Source of the DNA: Nanobdellota archaeon
GTDB lineage: Archaea > Nanobdellota > Nanobdellia > Woesearchaeales > SKGA01
Direction: 5' to 3'
NCBI GenBank assembly: GCA_051819805.1
Contig: JBNJHD010000002.1
Coordinates: 63,754-127,753 of the forward strand
Length of the DNA stretch: 64,000 nucleotides
Of the stretch, positions 10,329 through 20,000 are shown in pieces (the first letter of the stretch is position 1; each line of letters opens with the position of its first letter). The notes beneath the pieces are model-generated. The model was not told the origin of the DNA and searched no databases. It saw only the letters and a program-made list of their open reading frames with translations. The position numbers and the translations under genes are program-made.

Positions 10329-10373
10329 GGTAGCTGGGAGAATAGAAACTCACTAGCTACCAGCATATTTTTA
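10329..10373 (+). terminator. hairpin (GGTAGCT...AGCTACC) followed by a T-tract downstream of tbp
   Basis: A 7-bp perfect inverted repeat at 10329..10361 followed by TATTTTTA. Confidence 0.3.
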
Positions 10374-10489
10374 TAGGTATTAGTTGATTTTATATGTAGC
10401 TTTGCGTCTCCTTTACACCGGAAGATTTTCGGTATAATAAGACGAAGCTATGTAAAGATAAACATCAACATCAGACACAGGAGAGAATT

Positions 10490-12520
10490 ATGGATATCGG
10501 AGAACAAGTACAGATACTCCAAGACTTTTTTGAACAGTATTATTATGATAATCTGGTCAAAGCAGTCCAGAAAGGAGATTCGTACATTACTGTTGACTTC
10601 AACGATTTAGCATTACATAATGTGGATCTAGCCCAAAAAGTTCTTGATGCACCAGAAGAAATGTTCAAGACGGCGCAACTCGCTATTGAGAAGCTTAATC
10701 TTCAAGGCGATGTCACTGAGTTCAACGTCCGATTCCACAACCTGCCATTCTCTCAACATATCATCATCAGAAACATCCGGAGCAAACACATAGGAAAGTT
10801 CCTCCAATTAGAAGCAGTGGTCAGACAGAAAGGAGATGTCAGACCGCATGTGACAAATGCGAAATTCGAATGTCCGAGTTGCGGTAATATCATTAATGTC
10901 GTGCAGGTAGAACAGAAGTTCAAGGAACCAGGACAATGCGGATGTGGACGAAAAGGAGGTTTCAGACTTCTTGACAAGAAACTCGTTGATGTACAGAAAT
11001 TGGTTATTGAAGAACCTTCAGAGAATCTTGAAGGAGGCGAACAACCTAAACGCTTCAACTTGCTTCTCCGACATGACTTGGTAAGTCCTATCAGTGAGAA
11101 GAAAACAAATCCTGGAAGCAAGATAATCATAACGGGAGTAGTCAACGAAATCCCTATTTCTTTACGTTCAGGTGGAAAATCAGTGGAATTCGATCTCATG
11201 ATCGAAGGAAATTATATACATCCAGTCCAAGAAGAATTCTCTTCAATACAAGTCACAGAGGAAGAAGAAAGAGAATTCAGGGAATTCGCAAAAACAGGAC
11301 AAGCATTCAAGAAACTTGTCAAGAGTTTCGCACCAACAATCTATGGTTACGAACGAGTCAAAGAAGCGCTCGTGCTCCAAATGATGGCAGGAATCCAAAA
11401 GAAACGAAGCGATGGTGTGAGCACAAGAGGAGATATTCACGTTCTCCTCATCGGTGATCCGGGCGCTGCAAAGAGTCAGCTTCTCAAACGAGTATCTGTG
11501 ATTGCACCAAAGGCACGGTTCGTTTCAGGTAAGGGAGCGAGTGGAGCGGGATTGACAGCGTCAGTAGTCAAAGATGAATTTCTTGGTGGATGGGCGCTAG
11601 AAGCAGGAGCGCTCGTGCTTGCGAACCAAGGAATCGCGTGCATAGATGAGTTAGACAAGATGACTGACGAGGACCGGAGCGCGATGCACGAGGCACTCGA
11701 ACAACAGACAATCACAGTCAGTAAAGCGAACATCCAAGCGACACTGCGAAGCGAAACGACAGTACTTGCAGCAGCTAACCCTAAGTTCGGACGATTCGAT
11801 CCGTATGAAATGCTCGGAAAACAGATTAACTTGCCACCAGCACTCATCAGCAGGTTCGATCTTATCTTTCCAGTAAGGGATCTTCCAGATAGGGAAAAGG
11901 ATGGAAATATTGCTGAATTCATTTTGAGACTCCATCAAGATACTTCAAGAGCAGATAATGTAGAACTCAAAACTGATTTCATAAAGAAATATATCGCTTA
12001 TGCAAAGCAACATATCAAACCGCATCTGGAAGATGAAGCACTTGAGGAAATAAGAAATTATTACGTCAAGATAAGAAATATGGGTAGTAAAGAAGGAGAA
12101 GGCGGTATAAAGTCAGTACCGATTACAGCAAGGCAACTCGAGGCACTCGTAAGGATAACTGAAGCGAGCGCGAAGACAAGACTCTCCAAGAAGGCAACTA
12201 AAGATGATGCAAAAAAAGCTATTGAACTATTACACTTCACACTCAGCCAGATAGGGATGGATCCTGATACAGGAAAACTTGATATAGATAGAATTACAAC
12301 AGGAGTTACTGCATCACAACGGAACCATATCAGTATTGTCAAGGAATCTATCAGCACACTTGAGAAAGAACTCGGTAAAGTGATTCCTGAAGAAGAGATC
12401 ATCAAGGAATGCGAGCAGAAAGGAATGGAAGAGACTAAAGTTGAGGAAATGCTTGAAAAACTTCACCGATCAGGAGATATCTATAAGCCGAAGCACGGAT
12501 TCATATCAAAGATGAGTTAA
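10490..12520 (+). CDS. mcm: MCM replicative helicase (no intein)
   Basis: Zinc finger CPSCGN...CGCG, Walker A GDPGAAKSQLL, Walker B CIDELDKM, arginine finger region and a C-terminal wH; 676 aa. Confidence 0.9.
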   Translation: MDIGEQVQILQDFFEQYYYDNLVKAVQKGDSYITVDFNDLALHNVDLAQKVLDAPEEMFKTAQLAIEKLNLQGDVTEFNVRFHNLPFSQHIIIRNIRSKHIGKFLQLEAVVRQKGDVRPHVTNAKFECPSCGNIINVVQVEQKFKEPGQCGCGRKGGFRLLDKKLVDVQKLVIEEPSENLEGGEQPKRFNLLLRHDLVSPISEKKTNPGSKIIITGVVNEIPISLRSGGKSVEFDLMIEGNYIHPVQEEFSSIQVTEEEEREFREFAKTGQAFKKLVKSFAPTIYGYERVKEALVLQMMAGIQKKRSDGVSTRGDIHVLLIGDPGAAKSQLLKRVSVIAPKARFVSGKGASGAGLTASVVKDEFLGGWALEAGALVLANQGIACIDELDKMTDEDRSAMHEALEQQTITVSKANIQATLRSETTVLAAANPKFGRFDPYEMLGKQINLPPALISRFDLIFPVRDLPDREKDGNIAEFILRLHQDTSRADNVELKTDFIKKYIAYAKQHIKPHLEDEALEEIRNYYVKIRNMGSKEGEGGIKSVPITARQLEALVRITEASAKTRLSKKATKDDAKKAIELLHFTLSQIGMDPDTGKLDIDRITTGVTASQRNHISIVKESISTLEKELGKVIPEEEIIKECEQKGMEETKVEEMLEKLHRSGDIYKPKHGFISKMS

Positions 12521-12527
12521 GAAAACC

Positions 12528-13199
12528 ATGTCAACTACAACACCATCTTATGAACGGGAGACTGCCTACATCTGCTCAGTAGATGAACTACTTAATGGAG
12601 AATATGTTGTTCAAGATGGATGGAAGCCAAACTATGTCAATGCTCATGGCCGAAAACTTTCACGAGTGAATATTATGGGAGTAGTTGTCGATAAACCTGA
12701 GCTTTATTCTTTCATGCTTGATGATGGGACTGCGACAATAGCTGTCACTGATTTCAATCAACAGAAAAAAACTGCCAATCTCTCAGTTGGCGATCCTGTC
12801 CTTGTCATCGGACGACCGAGAAAGAATGGAGAGTCGTTTTTTATTGCTAGTGAAATCATCAATGCTGATCAAGTGAAAGAGAATCCTGCTTGGCTCACGC
12901 TACGAAAGAAACAATTACAAAAGATAACTTCTTCTCAAGACCCTATAACTCAACAAGAGAAGAATAGGGAACAAGAAAGTAGAACTGAGGAAGAAGCTGA
13001 AGAACAACCTGTATCCGGTCAAGGACTTACAGGAGATGATATTGTTGATTTTGTCAGGAAAAAAGATGATGGAGCAGGATGCGATGTTGATGATATCATA
13101 GTATATTTCGGCGGACAAGCAGAGGAAGTGGTGCACACTCTCATCACGATGGGAGAAGTATATGAGATTCGACCAGGAAAAATAAAACTGTTGGAATGA
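12528..13199 (+). CDS. RPA32-like protein (OB fold plus C-terminal winged helix), co-operonic with mcm
   Basis: The start is 8 nt after the MCM stop. OB-fold pattern RVNIMGVVVDKPELYSFMLDDGTATIAV...VGDPVLVIGRP, an acidic linker and a C-terminal GLTGDDIVDFV...VYEIRPGKIKLL like the RPA32/Stn1 wH. Confidence 0.45.
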   Translation: MSTTTPSYERETAYICSVDELLNGEYVVQDGWKPNYVNAHGRKLSRVNIMGVVVDKPELYSFMLDDGTATIAVTDFNQQKKTANLSVGDPVLVIGRPRKNGESFFIASEIINADQVKENPAWLTLRKKQLQKITSSQDPITQQEKNREQESRTEEEAEEQPVSGQGLTGDDIVDFVRKKDDGAGCDVDDIIVYFGGQAEEVVHTLITMGEVYEIRPGKIKLLE

Positions 13200-13228
13200 T
13201 TTTTAGGAACAAGCTTTTTCTCTAGATT

Positions 13229-14272
13229 TCAAAATAATAATGGTGTAATCCATACTTCAAGCACAGCAGCGATAAAGAGAACTGCAATGCTTAAAAGAAC
13301 GAGATCTGCAGCATCAAGAATAATGTGCTCGAACTTACGACCTTTGAAATCATGACGGATAACGCCGATAGAGATAATACCTCCAGCGAGAGCTGCGATG
13401 AAATAAGCGAGGATTTCAGGAACACCGTGAATAACGTACTTGAAAAGGCCGATAGAAACAACACTCAAATAACCGGCAACTTTTTCCAGACCGACCTGAT
13501 TAGCAAGGGTGGCCAGGTTAGTCCTGATGTAATTACCGATAGCGGTGCCGATGACCGAAGCGTTCCATGCGAGAATGAAAATGGCACCAGCGCCGTAGAG
13601 GAATGAGAAGAGAATACAAAAAGTGAGCACTTTCATGTTATTGAAAAAAATACGGGAGAAATCATCAATCATAGTTGTTTCTTCAACACCCGCGGCAAGA
13701 CCAGTCACACGCCCATTGATCTGGTTGATCGTATCGATCTGGACGGAAAAAAGCTTGAAATGACTTGTCTGAGCATACCCTTCGACACTAGCCAAGCCCA
13801 AACCCATACCGAGCACGATAGCGATGATAAGCAGGAGAACTGTCGCGTTACGTTTGAACCATTTATGATGATCACCTAATCGTTTCTTGAGATCTTCAAT
13901 GTCAAAAAAGACAAAGAGAGCACTGATTGTCGTGAGAAAAATAGCAGCCGGAATAAATACATACCACGCGGCAACAGCCAATGTCATTCCTATGAACAAG
14001 TTCATGAAGGCTCGAAGCGCTTTAGAATGCTCTTTGAGAAGAGCAACTTCGTGAAAGTCACTCACATCCTTTTTCTCCTCATCCTTGATGATGTTGAACA
14101 TCAAAGGGATAGCACTCATGACAGCGAAGAAGATGAAGACAAGACTAGCTTGCTGGGCAAACACCCACAAAGCAAGAATAATAGCTATAGATGTGTAGAA
14201 GAATCCGAGCAGGATGAGCTTGCTAGGATGACGCTCCGCTTTGAACGGATTTGATAAGGATTCAAGTACCAT
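13229..14272 (-). CDS. integral membrane protein, SpoIIM/DUF95-like C-terminal part
   Basis: ORF-track frame 13229..14338 with a probable start at MVLESL (14272). It is multi-TM and the C-terminal HGVPEILAYFIAALAGGIISIG region resembles the stage II sporulation protein M family. Confidence 0.4.
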   Translation of the reverse strand: MVLESLSNPFKAERHPSKLILLGFFYTSIAIILALWVFAQQASLVFIFFAVMSAIPLMFNIIKDEEKKDVSDFHEVALLKEHSKALRAFMNLFIGMTLAVAAWYVFIPAAIFLTTISALFVFFDIEDLKKRLGDHHKWFKRNATVLLLIIAIVLGMGLGLASVEGYAQTSHFKLFSVQIDTINQINGRVTGLAAGVEETTMIDDFSRIFFNNMKVLTFCILFSFLYGAGAIFILAWNASVIGTAIGNYIRTNLATLANQVGLEKVAGYLSVVSIGLFKYVIHGVPEILAYFIAALAGGIISIGVIRHDFKGRKFEHIILDAADLVLLSIAVLFIAAVLEVWITPLLF

Positions 14273-14372
14273 GGTGTTTATCCATCTGACAGAACAATAC
14301 TCTTTATAAACCTTTTTTTCATGGAAACATGTTAACAAAGTTTAAAAGAAGAGTATCATTTCAATCAATTCC

Positions 14373-14567
14373 ATGAACGTCATTATAGAGAGACCGAAAA
14401 AGACAGTATCCTTGCAGTTTACCGGTGAGGCTTCAGATCTTCTCAAGAAACTTGATGTCGCTAGTGAGGATGTGCTGATCATAAGGAATGGAGAACTTGT
14501 GACAGAAGATGAACTACTTGAAGATAATGATGTTATAGAGTTACTTTCTGTTATCAGCGGCGGCTAG
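14373..14567 (+). CDS. ThiS/MoaD-like ubiquitin-fold sulfur carrier (TtuB/SAMP-like) ending in Gly-Gly
   Basis: 64 aa ending ...LLSVISGG, immediately upstream of a PP-loop thiolase. Confidence 0.6.
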   Translation: MNVIIERPKKTVSLQFTGEASDLLKKLDVASEDVLIIRNGELVTEDELLEDNDVIELLSVISGG

Positions 14568-14578
14568 GATACTTCACG

Positions 14579-15466
14579 ATGAAATGCGAAAAATGTGAAA
14601 AAAAGGCAGTGTCAAGCAGTCCTGCACTCTGCAAGAACCACTTCGAAGAGTTTGTTCTAGAGACTGTTAAACAGACTATAGATCAGTGGAATCTCATCGA
14701 AAATAATGAGACTATAGTTGTAGCTGTAAGTGGTGGCAAGGATTCGCTTACCACACTAGATGTACTCTCACGCTTAGGATATCGCGTGAAAGGACTGTTT
14801 ATCAATGAAGGTATTGCTAGCTATAGGGAGCATTCTATTGAGGATCTCAAGAAATTCTGCAACGATAATGATATTTCATACACTGAAGTGTCTTTTGAAA
14901 AGGAGTTCGGGTTCACGCTTGATGAAGCTGTCGCTACTGGAAAATTTCATCCTTGCACTGCTTGTGGCACGCTACGCCGATATCTTCTCAATAAGCACGC
15001 TGCAAATTATGATATCCTCGCTACAGGTCATAATCTAGATGACGAGTCACAGACGATCATGATCAACCTCTTCAGGGCGAATATTGATCTCTTCCCGCGA
15101 TTAGGACCGAAGACCGAGCCGAGCACGTGGTTTGTCAAGAAAATAAAACCACTATACTTGCTCACGGAAAAACAAGTATTGACTTACACGTTGCTTCGGG
15201 GAATACGAACGCAGTTTTCAGAATGCCCTTATGCTACAGTCTCATACCGGGCAGCACTGCGTGATAAGCTGAACCGTTATGAAAGCGACCATCAGGGCAC
15301 GAAGAGAACTATTATAGAAAGTTATGTGAAACTCAAAGGACGATTGCCTGAAGGAGAGCATAAGGATGAACAGATAACACCATGCGAACGATGCGGTCAG
15401 GCATCAAACGAAAAAGTCTGCAAGACATGCAGGATCGCAGCAGATGTCAGATCTGCTTTGCAGTGA
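14579..15466 (+). CDS. TtuA/NcsA (Ncs6/TtcA family) tRNA thiolation PP-loop ATPase with N- and C-terminal zinc fingers
   Basis: CEKCEKK...C..H zinc finger, PP-loop VAVSGGKDSL, HPCTACGTLRR, ATGHNLDDE and a C-terminal CERCG...CKTC. Confidence 0.75.
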   Translation: MKCEKCEKKAVSSSPALCKNHFEEFVLETVKQTIDQWNLIENNETIVVAVSGGKDSLTTLDVLSRLGYRVKGLFINEGIASYREHSIEDLKKFCNDNDISYTEVSFEKEFGFTLDEAVATGKFHPCTACGTLRRYLLNKHAANYDILATGHNLDDESQTIMINLFRANIDLFPRLGPKTEPSTWFVKKIKPLYLLTEKQVLTYTLLRGIRTQFSECPYATVSYRAALRDKLNRYESDHQGTKRTIIESYVKLKGRLPEGEHKDEQITPCERCGQASNEKVCKTCRIAADVRSALQ

Positions 15467-15510
15467 ACAAAAGATGGGTATGTCGCCTGTGCAGGGTTTG
15501 GCAGTCGCTT

Positions 15511-16233
15511 TTATCCGTTGAAGGTTTCTAGACCCAATTCATGAGGTGTGAAGATGAGTTTCCTGTCTTCCCCTGTTAATGGTCGATACTCACCAGCAGG
15601 GATGTCAAGAGCCAAAGAACCGATGTGTGTTCGGTGCAGGTGCTTGACATAATACCCTATTCCTTTGAACAATCGCTTGACAACCTTGTTGATGCCCACA
15701 TGAACGGTGAGAGCGACCGTATTGTTCTCTAGCATAATAGCCTGATCGGCCTTGACATTCTGTTTTTCTATCTTAATGCCTTTGAGTAGTTTATCAAGAT
15801 CCGATTTATCGAATTGTTCTGTGAGAATAGCTATGTAGGTCTTCTGGACTTCACGGCTAGGATGCATGATTTTATTAGCGAAATCACCATCGTTAGTCAT
15901 GAGAAGAAGTCCTGTAGCGTCACGATCAAGACGACCGACTGGAAAGACACGGGCTTTCGTATCAACAAGCTCAGTGACGATCTTACGATCGTACATGTCA
16001 GAAGAAGTAGTGATATAATCAAGAGGCTTGTGAAGCATATAATACTCTTTTTTCTCAAACGTGATCGGTTCACCATGGACGGTGATCGTGTCCTGGACAG
16101 GATCGGCCTTGTCACCTATAGTGACATTGATACCATTCACAGATACAACACCTTGCTTGATGAGTTCTTCAGCTTTGCGTCTGGAACAATACCCTGAAGC
16201 GGCGATGAGTTTCTGGAGTCGTTGGAGAGTCAT
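15511..16233 (-). CDS. RsuA/RluB-family rRNA pseudouridine synthase with an N-terminal S4 domain
   Basis: S4 region LQKLIAASGYCSRRKAEELIKQGVVSVNG and the catalytic region FPVGRLDRDATGLLLMTNDGDFANKIMHP. Confidence 0.75.
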   Translation of the reverse strand: MTLQRLQKLIAASGYCSRRKAEELIKQGVVSVNGINVTIGDKADPVQDTITVHGEPITFEKKEYYMLHKPLDYITTSSDMYDRKIVTELVDTKARVFPVGRLDRDATGLLLMTNDGDFANKIMHPSREVQKTYIAILTEQFDKSDLDKLLKGIKIEKQNVKADQAIMLENNTVALTVHVGINKVVKRLFKGIGYYVKHLHRTHIGSLALDIPAGEYRPLTGEDRKLIFTPHELGLETFNG

Positions 16234-16253
16234 TTGTAGAATGGAAAGAGCGC

Positions 16254-16943
16254 GTGTTTTATAAATATGGGAGGTTCACTCTATATTATATGAAACGAGA
16301 TATTGTTATTGCACGCCCTGGCACGGAAAAAGAGTTCGTTGCAGAAGCGAAGCGACTCGGCTGGAAGGAACTGCTCATTCTCTATGAAGAGAAGGACGCA
16401 AAAACAATAATGAGTGGTTCTGATACTAGTGCAGCAATTGAAGGTGTTGCTGTAAAGTCAGGGGTCTTGTTGACGTCAAACAAGGTGCCGAGGTGGATAG
16501 AGCGTTTCGAAGAGGTTGCTTTGTTAGGCACTATGTTTTCACAAGTTCCAAAAGGTGTGACTCTCCTCTGTGACAATGAATATGAGAAGGAGAAGGATTT
16601 CACCCACCAACGGAGATCAGGAGTGAGTCACGTAACACTGGCTGCTTGTAAAGAGAAAGGAATTAATCTTGTTGTCGGGATCTCAGGTCTGTTTTCAGGG
16701 TACAGGGTGCAGGGCGCAGCGTGTCAGCGTTCTGTGGACAGTGAGCAGCGTTCTGCGAAGCAACGTTCTGGTTGTCATGGTTTTGGGTTCAAGCGGATGG
16801 TGCAAGTGCTCGGGCGGATATGGCAGAACCAGAAGATGGCGGTCAAGAAGAATGTACATTATGAGATCGTGTCGATGGCGAGGTGTCCAGAAGAGATGCG
16901 TTCAAGAGTGGATGTTGATGCGTTGAAGCGAGTTCTTGAGTGA
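16254..16943 (+). CDS. probable RNase P protein component 3 (Rpp30)
   Basis: Stretches DIVIARPGTEKEFVAEAKRLGWKELLIL and VLLTSNKVPRWIERFEEV are collinear with Pyrococcus Rpp30 ([22 protein letters not shown] ... [20 protein letters not shown], quoted from memory). The start could be ATG 16293. The C-terminal 80 aa are encoded by an unusually GC-rich stretch with CAGCGTTCTG repeats. Confidence 0.5.
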   Translation: MFYKYGRFTLYYMKRDIVIARPGTEKEFVAEAKRLGWKELLILYEEKDAKTIMSGSDTSAAIEGVAVKSGVLLTSNKVPRWIERFEEVALLGTMFSQVPKGVTLLCDNEYEKEKDFTHQRRSGVSHVTLAACKEKGINLVVGISGLFSGYRVQGAACQRSVDSEQRSAKQRSGCHGFGFKRMVQVLGRIWQNQKMAVKKNVHYEIVSMARCPEEMRSRVDVDALKRVLE

Positions 16944-17040
16944 GTACTAAAGAGTGAGTGTTGGTGATGGTTCTCGAAAGCTTTAAATATGATGGTGCTG
17001 CCTATTTTTATAATAACTATAGTTTGAAGCATACTGGTGT

Positions 17041-20000
17041 GTGAGGGTAGTGGCAGAATTCGGGCAATATTTCAAAGTCATAACGATATTTCTAGTTCTG
17101 ATTTCAATGATGATGATAGCAAGTGGAGTTGTGAGTGCAATTGCTTCAGACCGTTTCTCAATGGATGAAATGACTGGTGTGAATGCATGGTCTAAGGATG
17201 AACCTGAGTACTCTGATTTTCCTGTTTGTTCTGAAGACTCATCTTCTGAACAATTTTTTATTATAAACACAGCGAGTGAAAAAGAACTACATCCTATCAC
17301 TTACGATTTATGTCATGATGCAGATGATTTAGCTATGAATAGACTTTGTGATGAGGATCCTGAAGAGCTTTATTCGAGATTTGAAACGCCTTACACCGGA
17401 TTTGTGACTCAAAAATCCATTTCTACAAGTTCTTCAAGCCGTTGTTGGGGGAGTTCTCAATTAAGAATGACTGATAGAAGAAGTATGGGTATCTTATTAG
17501 GTGGTTACCTTTATGTTACTGATGATGGTGCTAAACTGTATGTCAATCTTAGAAATGGTAGACGAAAAGATAATGTCAGAGGATATGCTCATCTGACTAT
17601 TCACCCGTTTAACACATCTACAAGAACACCATTATTGACTGATCATGTGGATTTTGTTCCTGTTCAAAATTATTATCATTCGCAAAAAGGATGGACAAAT
17701 TCTGATTGGGGATATGGTGATGTTGCCCGTTCATCCAGCCAGTCTTTAGATAAAGGTATTTATTATATTACACTTGTTGCTGTTCAAAGAGGAAGTGAAC
17801 ATGATAGAAGCTCAAATACCAATGAGGAAAAACGAGTTTCGGTAAATTTAGCAGACGAATTATTATCCACTTCAGATGGAAATCATCTCGATAATAATAA
17901 TTATCTTGAGACATCAAAGTATGAAATAAAATACCGGCTTTTATCTGAGGAAGAGATTATAACGGAATATTCCGAATTAACAGATACTGTCAAAGACTAT
18001 TGTTATGCAGCAACCTCAAATCCAAATCCTTGGAACGAATCCTTGGTTGGTGTAGTTCCTACAGAAAGAACGTGTTGTGGTGATGACCAAGAAGATCTAG
18101 GTTATGTCTATGGAGATTTGGTCTGCACACAAGATGGTTGGGAACAACAATCTCCTCAAGAGTATTGCGCACAGCAAGTCACAGGGGAAAAAACCTCAAA
18201 CCAAGCGGTTTTTAACCAATATTATATAGGTTATATGGATAGTTTGACTTCACAAGATATCTATACTGAAAGTGATTTCTCAGATGGTTGTTGCGGCGAT
18301 GATGCAGAGTCAGGTTGTGTGAAAACATACACTTCATGTGCTGAAGTTCCAGAAGGAGACTGTGAGAACTATGGTTGTCAAAGAACAGGAGAAGCCACCG
18401 GAAGCGTCCAATGCTCAACATTTTATGATAAGGAAGGGTATTGTCCGGGTGACTGCACTAGAATTACTTTTTGTCATGAACCTGATAATCCTAGAAAGCC
18501 CTGTTCCAATGAGGTCGGTGAATGCCCTACTGATTGTTTTCTAAAAACTACGGGTTGTTCTGGATCATTCTCTTGTTCTGATTATTACTATTCCGATTAT
18601 TGCGATTGGGATTATGAGAATCCTGCTTGTAAAGGAGAGATAGATGATGTCGATTGCTCCAGTTTAACAACCAAAAATGAATGTAGTGATGAAACCGCTT
18701 GCACTTTTTATGGGTTTTGGACATCTGATTATGCATATGTAGCTGGTGATAACAGGTATTTCTGTAATAAAGATTATTCTGAAGATGATGGTGTTTGGTA
18801 TTGGGATGATGAAGGCAGTTCTGACTGGAAATGGTGGGATGCTGAAAATCACAAATACATAATCCACGAATATAATGGTGTGCAGTTCATCAGTAATGGT
18901 CAACAATGGTTCTACAGTTCAGCGAATGGAGAACTAGATGGTTCACATGGTCTTCCAGCAGATAACTTCACAGAATTTGATTATGATACTTTTGATTATC
19001 CTGATGGAGAAGAAGGTTTTAGCTGTGTTAACGCTCTTGAAACACTCGGTTTCAACACGTTTTTCGATAACGATCTTGACAGTCCGTTTGAGAAAGTTAC
19101 AGTAGTAAATAGTTCCGAATACTGCGGGAATAGTGATGGAGTCTGCTGTAAAGAAGATCGTGATGGAGAAATAGGAATGCTCAACGCGGAAAATTTTGAT
19201 TTTGACCAGTTGAAATCTGAATGTGGTTCTTGTTCTGTAAAAGGAACTGATCTTGCACAGTACCTCAATGGAGAAGGTAAGAGAGAACAATTCTGTCAAT
19301 CTTATCGATTCTTGACATCATGTGATGTTGATCAAGATCAACCAGTATTAGAACAATCATTGAGAGTCCGAAAAGACGCGTGCATGTTCAACTTGAAAGG
19401 ATGTCTTCAGAAAAGTCCTTATCTTGATCAGCAATGTGCTGATATCACTTATCAGGATGAATTCATTGGAGTGGGTTGTTCAGTAGATGCTCCTGTCTGT
19501 TCTGTTGGTGAGTATATTATCTCTAAGGATGTCGCTGATGATAATGAAGAATCACCAGTAGCTTGCTGTCTTGTTAACGTATCAGATATGTCAAGTCCCA
19601 CTCCTGAAAATGTCTGTAAACCACTTGATAAGATTAATAAGGATCTCTGTCAAAATGAATATTATGGAGATTGGTTTTCAGGTCCTATAGGACTACGCGA
19701 CTATACATGCAGTAGTTTCAACTTCAAGACAAATGATGATGGTGCTTGCTGTATAGGAGGTAAATGGACTCCAATACACAATACGCAAAAACTTGCAACT
19801 CTTGCTTCAATGGCAAGTCCTGAACAATTCATCTCCTACAATCATAGTGGTGATTCAAGATTTGCAGAGTGTTGCAACTCCTATTCAACTTGTTACAATG
19901 CAGAGCAATCATCACTTGCGGATTCATCTGATTATGCGTACTATGGAAATGGAGGGATCCTTCACACTATCAAGAATTTCGACACACACAATGAGAACGA

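Noticed and set aside
16669-16926. Possible structured RNA (SRP RNA or RNase P RNA) in the GC-rich stretch, with an alternative 85-aa ORF
   Set aside because: I found no SRP helix-8 or RNase P P4 motifs. The stretch is collinear in length with the Rpp30 C-terminus, and the RNase P RNA was found elsewhere (59860..60306). It is kept only as a low-priority finding.
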